NCBI RefSeq assembly: GCF_011386835.1
Contig: NC_088804.1
Location: 33,046,001-33,110,000 of the forward strand
Length of the DNA: 64,000 nucleotides
Direction: 5' to 3'
From: Chrysemys picta bellii
Lineage: Eukaryota
Shown: one piece after another, positions 50,575 through 62,935 of the stretch
Layout of the letters: each line of letters starts with the position of its first letter
Numbering within the stretch: position 1 is the first letter of the stretch
The notes under the pieces: generated by a model
What the model was told of the DNA's origin: nothing
The model's database searches: none
The model's input: only the letters and a program-made list of their open reading frames with translations
Translations under genes and position numbers: made by a program

Positions 50575-51054
50575 TCAGTAGGCTGACTTCTGCTCTGATT
50601 CTAGGTGGGGGGAAATACACAAACTAATTATATGACTAACTTTGTCTCATTTTCTGTTCTTGAATAGTCTGCAAGAAAACTGAGAATCCTCAAATGTGTT
50701 TGTTATATAAAGATATTCGCCACGTAATATCTGTGAATAAATCTTGCTTTGCGGCTTGTTTGCAAGTAGTTTGTTTTCGGTAATCAAGACTGAGCTGTTT
50801 GGAATGGACATTTAGGCCTATGATACGTTCTGTTCTCTGATTGGAACTCACAGAATGTCATTATATATCTTGTAAAATTCATTGCTTTGGTGCTGCCAGC
50901 AAAATCGTTGGCCAGAATATTTGTGGAAAGCAAGTGTGAAAGGGGTATGAACACAAATGGAGTGAAATGAATTTGTTTAAAATATAAATGGCTTTTCTTT
51001 TGAGAGAGGGAGGCGGCAGCGTTTGCCCAGACCCAACCATGATATTCAAAAACA

Positions 51055-51210
51055 GGAGTCTAAAGTTAGGCTCCTAAATATGGCCTGATTTTCAGAAAGG
51101 TGGCACATCCATTGATTGTAATGGGCACTGCTGGGTGCTCAGCGCTTTTGAAAATTGGGCCACATCTTTTAGATCCTAAATATGGACTTATCAGGCTAAT
51201 TTTCAATGGG
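51055..51210. mobile_element. Old palindromic MITE
   Basis: GGCCTGATTTTCAGAA...TTTTGAAAATTGGGCC nested within TAGGCTCCTAAATA motifs. Confidence 0.5.
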
Positions 51211-54200
51211 GTTGCACAGAATGCAAGTCAGAGCAGAATTTCTGTCACCTGTAGGTGGCACTTATTTCAAGTCAACAATGACCTCGTTTTAAATCTAGAT
51301 TGGCATCAGGTCTCATGTTTATTAATGGAAGCTATGTGGCCAAGTCATCCTCACAGTGCTTTGAAAATGTAAGGGCTGCTCTTGTGGTTGGGTCTTGACA
51401 ATCTCTCTGCAAAACCCCAAAGAGTGCAACTGCTGTTTAGAAAGGTGGGGAAGGGACATGATAACTTCTGCACAAACGGCACTATTTATTATGCCAACGT
51501 GTCCTTAGTGTCTGATTACATTCTGTTAAAATCACCAAAGGAGGACCAGTTTCTCTCCCCAACCGGGCTATGTATGCCCCCAATGCAGTCTTTAAAGTAG
51601 GCTGTGGAGTAGTAGGCATTCCAATCAGCAAATTAAATAATAAATAAATAAGCCACCTTCTTTCTGAGACCAGATCCCCTCGGAAGAAGCAGAGAAAGAA
51701 TCCATTCTGTTAAATACAGTCTATGTAGTTTCTACATTAAATAAACAGAATATATTGACTTTACAAAAGGACGTAGATTATTGGGGATGCCTGCAATTTT
51801 ATAGGACTGACTGATATTTTGCATAAATGCTGGCTTAGGAGATGAACAAACAAACAACAAAAAACGGTTTCTATTAGCGGAGACTGGCAGCTGCATTGCA
51901 ATTGCCTGTCTGTTCAATGCTTCAGCTACTCTTTGCTGTTGCAGCCTGGCGGGACCCTTTTGGACAGAGTACAAAAAAGTGCAGCAGTGTCTGTTTGACA
52001 CCACATGAGGGAATGTGAATTGTCAATTTGTTGACAGTGTCATGTTGCCACTACCAGCTTTCTCTTGGTTATTTGGAAGGAACTCAAGTCAGTCTGTTTC
52101 CCAGGCTAAGCTTCCTCACGTTACAGCCCCTGCACACCCAGAAAAGTCAGACACAATCAGCGCTGGCTTTGCTTTTTAACAGCTATTTGTTTTAAAAATA
52201 TGAACGCTGTTAAAGCTGGAAGCACTGGGGGAAACCTACCACAAGAGCAAGCTCCCTTTCTAACATTCTAACCCCCCTTCCCCCCCCCACACACACACAT
52301 TAAATAAAGTCATGGAAGGCCTAGGACAGCTTAATGTTTTGATAGTTTTATGCTTGCTCCCACTATGACAGTGTCAAAGCAGAATCAGTCATATTTTAAA
52401 CTGACAAGACTGTGAAAATATACTGCATTTCACCCTTCCAGCTGCAGGAGCCCATTGCACTCACGGATCATTTTTATTTTCGTGAGGATAATTTGTTAGT
52501 TGCAATCCCACACTCAGCTGCAGTGGCCCACCCGGGTTTCAAGCAGCAATTAAGGCATATATCGGTTTAAAAACAAAAACAAAAAATTGCTCACCTTGGC
52601 TAGCTGCATCATTACAGATCAAGTCCAGATTTTGACCGGGCAAACAGACCTGCTTATTAAAATTGTGTCAAAAGTCAGACTCTCCCATTGATTCCTCAAT
52701 GCCTCTCTTCTGCAGCAACTTCAAAGGCTGCTTCAATGGGACCAGGGGGAAGGACCTCGGTAGTAGCAGCAGTACTGCTGCTGGATGTGATCACAAAGAG
52801 TGAGCAATAAGTGCCTCCATGTTTGCAGGGCTGAAAAACTCTAGCGACCAATCCACTCAAAACATTACCTTCCCAAGTCAGGGAGAAGAAAATACGCTCA
52901 TCAACACACACTGCATAACACAGATTGCCCAAAACCTGTCATAGTGTTTAGGGCTGTTTATTCAAAGTGCTTGCTGTGAATGTATGAGTGTCTCTAGAAG
53001 GGATGGGAAAGCTCATTTAGAAAATTTAGAACCTGCTAAAAATCATGGATATAGATATAGGATGTCTAAATCATGCTCAAAATCATTGGCTCAACATATA
53101 GAATAGAATCTAGACCCGTTTAAAAAAATATGGGGTCTCACTATAGAATGGTTCTAGAACCCATTCAAGCTGATTGATTCTAGATATAGAATGGATTCTA
53201 GATTTAAAATAGAATGAAAAAATGTACCAGACCCACTTGGTTCTGGAAAACTGATTTCTTGGCAGCTGCATTGTCTCATTTTATATTATTTCCCATCTGA
53301 TCCCATAAGTAGAGTGAAAATTACTCTCCAAGAAAAGATTCTCTCATGCACATACAGACAGTCATTTAGGGCCCAATTTTACTACTTTTACTCATGCTGA
53401 TTACTACTAACTCACACAAGAGTCGTCTTTGAGTTCAATAGAACTACCTGGGTAAAGAATTATACAGTATGAGTAAGGGTGACAGAATCAGGCCCTTGGA
53501 AATACATGATATATTCCATTACATAAATGTTGAAAGGGGAAAAGGTATAAATTGAGAAAAAGTTTTGTGAAATCTGAGACATTAAAATGAAAATGTTTGT
53601 GTGTTAATTGTGCAATTCAAAACACTCTCAGGCTCTCTCATCCCTACAGATCAGTTCTGATCTCATGGGTGTAAATCAGAAGTACCTGCATTTAAGTCAG
53701 CGATGTTATACTAGTGTCAAAGACAGTGTAAATCCTCAGGTTCCAGGGAGCTGAAACCTGCTTAAGATTACTGGGAGTATCCAAAGCATTGTATTAAGTT
53801 ATTCAACTGCATGAATTCTGCTGATGGAGCTGCACAAATAGAACCCCATTCGCCCCCCTAAGAATGCACCCCACTTAAATTCCACTTTAAACCAGCAGCC
53901 CCTTACCAAACAGACATATATCAAGCTGACGGAACATCTTTGTAAGGATCTGCTCTACACCTTGTAGACTGAAAGAATAAATCATTTTAATAAGCTCCTA
54001 GGCCTTCCTGCTGATGCAGATTGAAGCAATATTATAGAGATGTGTGTTGTTGTCAGTAAATTAGCAGGAACAAATAGAAAATGCCAAGAGGACTCATTTG
54101 TGAAATGGAAACAATTCATGCGATTTGGGGTGTTACAAGATTTTTGCAAGGACAACAAGGCTGAATTTCTGTCACCCTGAGCCATGCAGTATTCAGGGCT

Positions 54201-55273
54201 TTTCTGTTGTTATTTTAAATTAAGGCCTGCTACATTGTGCTTTCATTCAGTGTGTGTCTGGATATTCACAGTAAACTGATTAATGAATAATGTTATCACT
54301 TCTAAGAAGCATGGTTATAGAGTGGGCAGAGCCCTCAGACTTGCACTTTAAGGGTTTACAAGCAAACTCCAGATGATAAAGGTGGACCAGAGAGGTCTCT
54401 TGGGTACAGTGTAGATCTTGTCACCGGTGCCCTTTCCAAGCAGCACAATAATGCTTGTGACAAAATTCCCACCAGGACTATTCCTTATAGCAGAGTATCT
54501 GGGAATAAAGCCTACAACATCGTGTGCTGTTTTCAAGGCTAGTATTTTCTGGGAATGGAGTGGCAGCAGTGGGTCCGTGGTTTGGCTAATGTGGTGATTG
54601 TCTGTCCTTATCATGCAGTATTGCAGGAAACAACATTGCCAGGTGTTTGCACCACGAGTATTTTAAGCATATTGATGAGTGCTGGTTAATTTGATTCTGG
54701 ATCAACTCCTTTATCCACTGCTGCTATAAATCAGGGCACTGTGTGAATTTGTGGGTGTTTCCAATATAATATATATACTTAAATATGATGATTCATGTGC
54801 ATTATAGGTCAAATTTCCAAACTCGATGTCAGTTTGTGTATCCAACTTTTGCAAGCACAGTCAGTTCAGGTGTAAAGTGGGTGTGAACAACTGGGCAGTT
54901 TGATGACCATCTGCCCAATTTGCACATGCAACTGCTATTCAATTGTGTATTCATTTTTGTGGGTGCACTTTGATGTACATATAAAAATATCCTGAAAGTT
55001 GAACCTCGTGGGCAAGATTCTGCTTTTAGTTACATCAGTGTAGTTCAGGAGTTACTTCACTGACTTTAGTGTACATTTATGACTCCCTTTTAAAATGCAG
55101 TTTTCCCACATTAGTGAACGGTAAAACGTGTGGGTTTTTCAAAATTAATTCAAATTTCAAATCAAAGATATGAAGCTTAGATATCTCTTTCTCTTCTCTA
55201 AACAGTTCTTCAGTGGAACACGCAGGATCTGTCCCTATAGCCCTAGAGTGTTAGTGCAGTATAATATATACAA

Positions 55274-55630
55274 CAGTAGTTCTCAGTAGTTCTGTCCTCT
55301 AGGGGGCAGTGAGCAGGTTTCAGGGGGTTCGCCAAGTAGGGGCAGCATTAAACTCACTGGGGCCCGTGGCAGAAAGCCCAAGTCCTGTTGCATGGGGCTG
55401 AAGCCCAGAGCACTGACCCTGCCACCCGGGGCTGAAGCCGAAGCCTGAGCAATGTGGCTTCACGGGGGCTCCTGTGGCATGGAGTCCCAGGCAGCTGCCC
55501 TGCTTGCTACCCCGTAACACCGGCCCTGGCTTTTATATGCACAAAAACAGTTACTGTGGCACAGCTGGGCCATGGAGTTTTTATAGCATGTTGCGGGGGG
55601 GCTCAGAAAGAAAAAGGTTGAGAACCCCTA
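55274..55630. mobile_element. hAT (Charlie-like) MITE
   Basis: CAGTAGTTCTCA...GGTTGAGAACCCCTA. Perfect TSD ATATACAA (55266-55273 / 55631-55638). Confidence 0.88.
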
Positions 55631-57227
55631 ATATACAAGGCCCACATTAACACAATAAATCAGAAGATTGTGCCCATTTATAGCTTGAATTTTATAAAGA
55701 CGTTGCCTTTCTGAAAGAAATTTGGAGCCTGAATAACTCAAAATGTTTCTGCACTTCTCTATGAAAATGAAAGCAGCTTCCACATGCACAGATTTCAAAG
55801 TTCACATGGCCCTAACATTTAAGTCTCTCTCTACAGGAAGAAAAAAAATCCCTGCTGATGGAGACTAGGACAAAAGTAGATGCAATGTTACAATCTCCAG
55901 TGTCTAGATTTTGTTATGCAGTAGCTGCCTGTCCAGTATAGTTTGTACAAATGATCACTGTTCCACTCCATTAACTCCTCATTAGAATAGCATACTGCAC
56001 CTTAAAAGTAGTTTAAACTTAAATTACCAGTATCCAAGCAAAAGAAATAAAAAATAGTAGATCAGGACCTTGTCAGAAAGGACCCAGTGCATGTCACATC
56101 AGAGGATAGCCTGCAAGCTTTAAGCCACAGCTTCTCAAAAGATCGTTGTAAACTAGGATGCCGAGGCTTTAATAATTTACAGTTTCCTTATTGAGGTCTG
56201 ATGATGCTAAAATAAGGTGTTGAAGTCTGATTAGTAATAAGAACGTAGCAGCTTAACCTCTAACATTTAGCCCTCTCCTCTGGATCGAATTACTGATCTT
56301 TATCTTGTTGAGCTGTGCTAGCAGTTGGCTTGGGAACATTACACGTTTCTAAAAGCTGTCAATCTTTGTCAGTGTCTTTGCACAATGGATCGGAATAGCT
56401 ATTTTTAAAGGACTATGTCACCTTTATATAGGGATGCTGATTTTATAGTATATTGAAGGTTTTTTAAAAAAAACACCATATTGGCTCATGTATGATGTTG
56501 CTTATGAGTTACAAGTGTACACTTGACCAAGAATAGCTTCTCTTTATTATTTTTAGTATTATTTCTGGTGAATGGGTGGGAAATGACTGATGGAAATGAA
56601 AGCAGTAAATCAAAGATATCTCACCTAGTAGCAACTGCTTTCTAAAAACAGCCAACCATAGCAAACATGGCGTTGAATAAACTACCTTTAGTACCCTAAA
56701 AGACTGGGCACATTTAAAACTATTCTGCTTTTCACAACTGATATTTACATTATCTCATCAGTGTGTTGATGTTCTGGATTTGTGGATGTCAAGGGGTGAA
56801 TTAATTTTTCCATGGATTTCTTCAGTCAGATTTCCTCCTATGATTTCTACAGTGACATATTTCCCTGATACTGTATTACCAATATGAGCTCCTTTTCATA
56901 TTTTACGGAGCTCAAACAGTGTTACATAGGAATAGAAGCAGCATGTATCTGTACCAGAAGGAAGAAAGAAATAACAAATTCAGTTTACACACAGTAGCAT
57001 TGAACCGGTGTCATCATATTAAAATGAAGGGCTAATTTTTCAAAAAGGGTCTCCCTTTTTGCAGATGCAAAACCTGCATTTATATTTTTGCATTCATCAC
57101 TGAATTGTGTCTATAAATCTCAGTACTTGCTCTAACTACTTGATTTCCAGTACAAATCAGTTAGCTACAAAGCACTCTGATTTGCCCCTGCAATGCATGC
57201 TGTGGGTGCAAAGGGTATCCTCAAATA

Positions 57228-57308
57228 ATAATATTTAGTCCTGCCATGAGTGCAGGGGTCTGGACTAGATGACCTCTCGAGGTCCCTTCCACTCCTACGA
57301 TTCTATGA
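57228..57308 (+). mobile_element. CR1 LINE extreme 3' end
   Basis: TTAGTCCTGCCATGAGTGCAGGGGTCTGGACTAGATGACCTCTCGAGGTCCCTTCCACTCCTACGATTCTATG. Confidence 0.85.
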
Positions 57309-60129
57309 AAACAGGAGACAGGGCATCAGTCCTTTTAAAAGTGTCCCCCTAAGGGAAAGTATCCCCCTGTATGCTGAATTTTCAGCTCATCCTTATCTTT
57401 TCAGCGGGCCTGATTATGTCTTGATTTCAAGAGGAGTTTCAACTATGCAAGGAATAATGGTTTGGGCCCTGTAAGTCATATATGGATTCTTGTTAGTGTT
57501 ACCATTTTATACTTTGTATGGAATCTAGATATTGGGACTGTGTCCTTCCAATGAAATTCCCTTCAGAGTAACATCGTTACTGGTGTTCTCTATCCACTCT
57601 TAGGGCCAGAATCTATTCTCAGTTATATACTCGTAACTGTTGCATTGCACAGTATTTTTTAGCTTTTAATATGTCCTAGCACCAATACTAGAAAGGAAGA
57701 GGGAAAAAATATGTTTTCAAGTGAACTTTACAGGCCAAATTCTGCTCTGGGTTGCACAGTGGGGTTAATCTGGAATAACTCCATTCATGTCCATTGGGCC
57801 AGATCTTTAGCTAGTGTAAATCAGACCATGAAGGATCTGGCCCCATTAACTTCAGTAGAGTCACTCCAGACTTACATGTGGCCTTTAAAGTTCATTTGAG
57901 AATTTATTTTCTCTTTTTCTGTTGTTGCTGCTATTGTATATGCTTACATTGAAAAGCACTTTACAACTCAATAGTCATAGAAAAATAAGATAAAATGTTT
58001 GTATAGTAACAGTACTACAGCACCTTTCATCCCAAAGTAGCCTAAAACCCTTTATTAATTTAACAAACTGATATACACGTACTACACATAAGGATAATTT
58101 CACCCACACTGAAATGCAGGCCAACACAGAGCGAAATGCAGTGACTTTTTCACAGCAGGTAGGGCATTAATGTAATTGACATGCACTGCATTACAGGTTA
58201 GACAGGCAAAACGCAAGAGAACAATCTCACCTTTTAAAAAAAGAGCTGCTTTTCAAGTGAATAGCTAGTTCAAGGCTAAATATCATCATAATCCTGTATT
58301 GCTGTGTATAAATTCCCAAAATACACACAGGCAATCCTACCCAGAAGGCACCCAACCCTAATATTGGCAAACACTTCATGCTGAGATAGAAAGAGAAAGC
58401 CAGGGTGTCAGAGAACGTCAGACTTTATCCTTTAAAGAGTCAGTCCAGAGAGAGAGAGAAAGCGTGAGCGATCATCCCCCCAAGGAAATTTACCATGACC
58501 CCATGCAGGAAGCAATGCAGATCTATTAGAGTTGCTATAGTCGCAATTAAGATTTTCGCCGGGACAATATCACTGTCAGGTGACCTACCCCTATAATCCT
58601 TATGGCACTGACTGCACAAGACTCACCACTTTTCTTGTCAGTCTTCTTCCCCCTGCCTTACAAGTACTTGTCCCTTCATTAATGGATTGCCATAGGCGGT
58701 CCTTGAGAGGGATACTCACTTTCCTAGCTATTTCAACACCACCACAAAATACAAATAAAACAAAATAAACCTCCTCACTCTACAACAGTTGCAGAAATGT
58801 ACCTTGGGAGGATTGCACTATGTCCTCAGAAGAACCATCAGACTTCTTACAATCACATTTCCCCACCTGCTTCTGTGACATGCTGGCAATTCACCTGGGT
58901 GTCATGTGGAACAATTCCAGGTACAGAGATTGCTTCAGAAAGTCTGTCTCTTTTCCCCCCTCCCATCCCCTGCTTTAACAGTGCTTCCTTTTAGCAATGC
59001 AGACACAAAGAAACTTAGCTAGGTAAACAAAAAAAGCACAAAGGAAAATATTTTTAGCAGGTCTTGAGCCAGACAGATAAAAAAATATTTCACAGTCCAG
59101 TCCAGCCTAACATTAATCCACCAAAACACACTGGTGGAAGTGGAAATCAAAGGGCCACTGAACACTCAATTTTCCCAATGTGTCACAATTACAGACACAC
59201 CTGTGCTAAACAACTTTGAGGTAGCCTAGCCCACGCTGAAAATGAAGAATACCAAAGCTCTTAACATGGCTCTTCCCTTATCTGTGGCATGATGATCTAG
59301 TGGATGGAGCATTTGACCAAACTATACAGGGATGATTTTTCAAATCCTTTCAAAGGATTTGTCTGTTTGTTTTTTACAATGCTGTCAAGGAAGACTTTAG
59401 CTGTAGCTTTAATAAGGGCTGGCTAAGGAGGTAGGGATGAACTCCAGATCTGGATTAGATTTATTAGGGTTGGCGCGCGAGGCTGAAACATGGCTACAAT
59501 TTCATTTTCAGTGGTGCCACCACCTGGCTAACTGTTTTCAAGTTGGGATGGGGGAGGCAGTGTGTATGTGTGTGGGACATTAGACAAGATCACAGCTCAT
59601 CTCCTGTGACTTCTGCCATCTTGAGTGGCAGAATCGATCTCATGAGCTTTCAGCCACATCTGAACTGGAACCAGAAAATAAGCCTCTACCGGGGTGGAAC
59701 TGGCCTGGAACAAAACTGCAGTGGGAAGTTGTGCTCCAGCAATTTGAATCCAACCCATCTGGACACGTCTAGGTTCTGATTTTGGCCCAGCTCTAATCTT
59801 TGTGCCTGAATTATAATGAACACCTATAAAAATGGCTGGATGGAATAAACAAGTATCAGGAGAAAGCTCCATTTCATTCAAAATATCCACCATTATGATT
59901 AATTAGAGTTATTTATTTGTGTTCCCATAACACCTAGGACCAGAACCCCACAAACACAGACCAAAGAGACAGGATCTGCCAGAAAGAGCTTACAATCCAT
60001 TTTGTTCATCCTTTATCTTTTCAATTGCTTTCACCCTTCTCCGCCTTCCAGAGCTAGCCTCAGAAAGTGGTCCTTAACTAAGCCAACCCAGGATCTCGAG
60101 TTACTTCCACGCTTTACAACTTTGCTGAA

Positions 60130-60220
60130 AGCGACAAAGAGTCCTGTGGCACTTTATAGACTAAGAGACGTATCGGAGCATAAGCTTTCCTGGGTGAATA
60201 CCCACTTCGTCAGATGAATG
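60130..60220 (-). mobile_element. 91-bp Penelope-like solo insertion, third subfamily
   Basis: GCGACAAAGAGTCCTGTGGCACTTTATAGACTAAGAGACGTATCGGAGCATAAGCTTTCC... between perfect 12-bp duplications AACTTTGCTGAA (60118-60129 / 60221-60232). Confidence 0.85.
60179..60216 (-). ncRNA. Minimal hammerhead-ribozyme-like motif with canonical CUGANGA box
   Basis: Minus strand reads CAT-CTGACGA-A-GTGGGT(ATTC)ACCCAG-GAAA-GCTT-ATG. The G10.1-C11.1 pair is broken in this copy. Confidence 0.6.
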
Positions 60221-61163
60221 AACTTTGCTGAACTAGCTTAGCCCATTGCTAATTTCCATCTGAAATCCCAGAGTGTGATGGGATCATGATACTATATAGT
60301 AATGGTGGCTCCATTTTTATTTAATGATCCAGCTTCATTTAAATGCAAAAGTATCAATGGAGACAAAATTAGGTCCCAGAGAAGGAATTTTGCTTGCTTT
60401 GTTGTTCTCCGGAAAGACTAAGCACTGTGATATCATGGCATCGACTGCCAAGACGACAACTAGATTGACTAGTAAATATGTATTTTAGTGGAGCTCAGCA
60501 GAACAGTGTATGTTGTAACATAAGTCATTCCATTAGTAAGACAGAGGTACTTGAGAATGGTATATTATCTTTATTCCTTCTGGAAGGACTTCACTACCAT
60601 TACTTAAAAAAAAAAAAAGAAGTGGTTCGGAGATTGTAAATACATTTAAGTAACTCTGATGAAACAATAGGATCTGACTAAAACGTGGGGTGTTTATCTC
60701 ATCTGTCAGTCTGATATGGGATAAAAGCCGCAGCAGCAGGGACAAACTGAAAAAACACCTCTTGCTGGTTTCCCCCCCTTTGGAGATGCAGGTTCTGCTT
60801 ACAATGCATACTGTGCAACACCAGCTGTATTATTATTTTTTAAGTCCCGGAATGTTGATTACAGCAGATGACTCTGACCAGCTATCTGATATTAAGAAAT
60901 ATATTTCACAGGAAGGGAAATTCAGCAAAAGCTGGGAGTTGGTATTGTCAGCAAGCCCAATCACTCCAAAAAGCGTGAATCAGATCCCTGCTTCCCCAAA
61001 ACAAGACATTGGATTAAAAACCATAAGAATCATAATAATGTTTAGTTCTTTTTTGGGGACGGGGGAGGTGGGGGACGTTTTGGCTCTTAGTTTTGGAGCC
61101 TGTACCTTGCCCTCACTGAATGTTTTCAGGCTTTTCTTTACATATGTGAGGGCTAGAAACTTA

Positions 61164-61408
61164 AAGCTTGTCTATACGGTAGGATAATGAGCTCTATCGG
61201 GGGGTGGGTGATTTCTAAAGCGCACTAACATGTTGCACATTAATTGGTCCATGCACCCACTGCTGGTATGCTTTAACTTAGTGCTGTTTGAAATCTTAAA
61301 GTGCACTAGGGAACCTTTAGTGAGCCCCAGCAGGGTCTATATGGACCAATTAATGCACAGCCCCCGACCTCCCCACCCAAGCTCATTACCCCACCTGTAG
61401 ACAAGCCC
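61164..61408. mobile_element. PIF/Harbinger-like MITE (a related fragment lies at about 41870-42025)
   Basis: AAGCTTGTCTATAC / CTGTAGACAAGCCC ends. Shared CAGCAGGGTCTA..GACCAATTAATGC and GATTTCTAAAGC motifs. Confidence 0.75.
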
Positions 61409-61713
61409 CTACTTTTTCTTTTTAAATGAAAGCTTTTTTTAAAAAAAAAAAAGCCAGTAAAAATCAAAAGAGTGGTTCAAACTTCCAGAGATGACCCTGA
61501 CACTCTGGGCTACATTATCATCACTTGCGTTACTGACATCCACTGACAATGGCATAATTGTGACTCAGCTCAACGCTTGCAGAAAAGTGCTGATAATATT
61601 GGCTATTGATTCATTAGCTGAATATGTGGTGTCTGAACAGCATTAGGAAGTGAGTCTTGTCTTTCTTACCCTAAGGAGGTACTGTACAACAACTGCCTTA
61701 TGGAGATATACCT

Positions 61714-61887
61714 ATCTCATAGAGCTGGAAGGGACCCTGAAAGGTCCTCAAATCCAGCCCCCTGCCTTCACTAGCAGGACCAAGTACAGATTTTGCCCCA
61801 GATCCCTGAGTGGCCCCCTCAAGGATTGAACTCACAATGCTGGGTTTAGCAGGCCAATGCTCAAACCACTGAGCTATCCCTCCCCCC
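61714..61887 (-). mobile_element. Tortoise-type Pol III SINE
   Basis: Antisense of head: AGGATTGAACTCACAATGCTGGGTTTAGCAGGCCAATGCTCAAACCACTGAGCTATCCCTCCCC. Antisense CR1 tail: TCATAGAGCTGGAAGGGACC. Confidence 0.93.
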
Positions 61888-62467
61888 CTTATCTAGCATG
61901 TTCATATCTAGAAGCCTCTTGCTATTCACTATGGCTGCAACTTTCATCCCAGCCACCTGTGTTAGAAAAGCAAAGATGAAATACAGTATGTTAAAGAATG
62001 ATCATGGATTTTCTTCTCTCCAAAGCACACATACATACTGTACCCCAAACCCTTGAGTTATATATTGCTCATATTGTGCCTATGGAATATGTAAGACAAT
62101 GTAACTAACAACATGTGTTACTAATACCCACCCACCCCGAGTAGCACATTTCATCTGAGTATGTCCAAGTGCCCAGTAATAATAAACACTGACAGCATTA
62201 TCTTTCATCTATAGGATGTCAGAGTGTTTTTGTAACAATATTAATTTAACTTTTTAATCACAGCACCCATGAACAGAAGCAAAATACCGGACTTTCGCCA
62301 TCCACCACTTCACTAAAGTCACCCTTGGGGCAGAGTTCAACTGTAAGTTCGCAGTGCCAGAAACATTATACTACCATTTAAGGAAGTGAGAAAGAATACC
62401 GTATCCAACTGGAGTACTTTACGAAGCAGAATGCAATTACCCAAGTAGAATTTATCACACACTCTAT

Positions 62468-62628
62468 GGACCTGACCCAGCAAAATACTTAAACATGTTT
62501 AACTTTAAGCATCTGCTTTAGACCATCCGTGTTCAGCAAAGGACTTACAGACCTGCTTACGTCCCACTGAAGTAATGGGACCGCTCACATGCATAAATTT
62601 AAGTATATGCTTTGCTGAATCGGGGTCT
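62468..62628. mobile_element. Old palindromic MITE
   Basis: GGACCTGACCCAGCAAAATACTTAAA / TTAAGTATATGCTTTGCTGAATCGGGGTCT inverted ends, with a CCCACTGAAGTAATGGG core. Confidence 0.65.
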
Positions 62629-62839
62629 GGTTTATTAATATCCTTACATGGACAAAAATATGTCATGACATTTGTAATGACTGTTAGTGATCAGGAGAGC
62701 CATGACTTTGTCTCTTATCCAAAGGCAACATCCAAGGCCCCTTTACACCATGCGGGGGCATTGACTTAGCCTAGATTCAGAGGGAGGAGGGACACATGCT
62801 GAATCATAAATGCCCTCTTCAGCAACTGAGGGTTCCTAA

Positions 62840-62935
62840 GAGTCCTTCTATCCAAAAATTGACCCAGCCCAACCCTGCTTAACTTGTTAGAGCGGATGGA
62901 ATCACAGCATCAGATTGGACAGATACAGGCCATAG
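62840..62935 (-). mobile_element. 5S-rRNA-derived SINE head (SINE3/AmnSINE1-like), degenerate
   Basis: TATCCAAAAATTGACCCAGCCCAACCCTGCTTAACTT resembles the antisense of the 5S internal control region AAGCTAAGCAGGGTCGGGCCTGGTTAGTACTTGGAT. Confidence 0.6.

Noticed and set aside
56186-56230. TGATGA...CTGA resembling a C/D-box snoRNA
   Set aside because: Only about 32 nt from box C to box D, and the nearby inverted repeat does not enclose both boxes.
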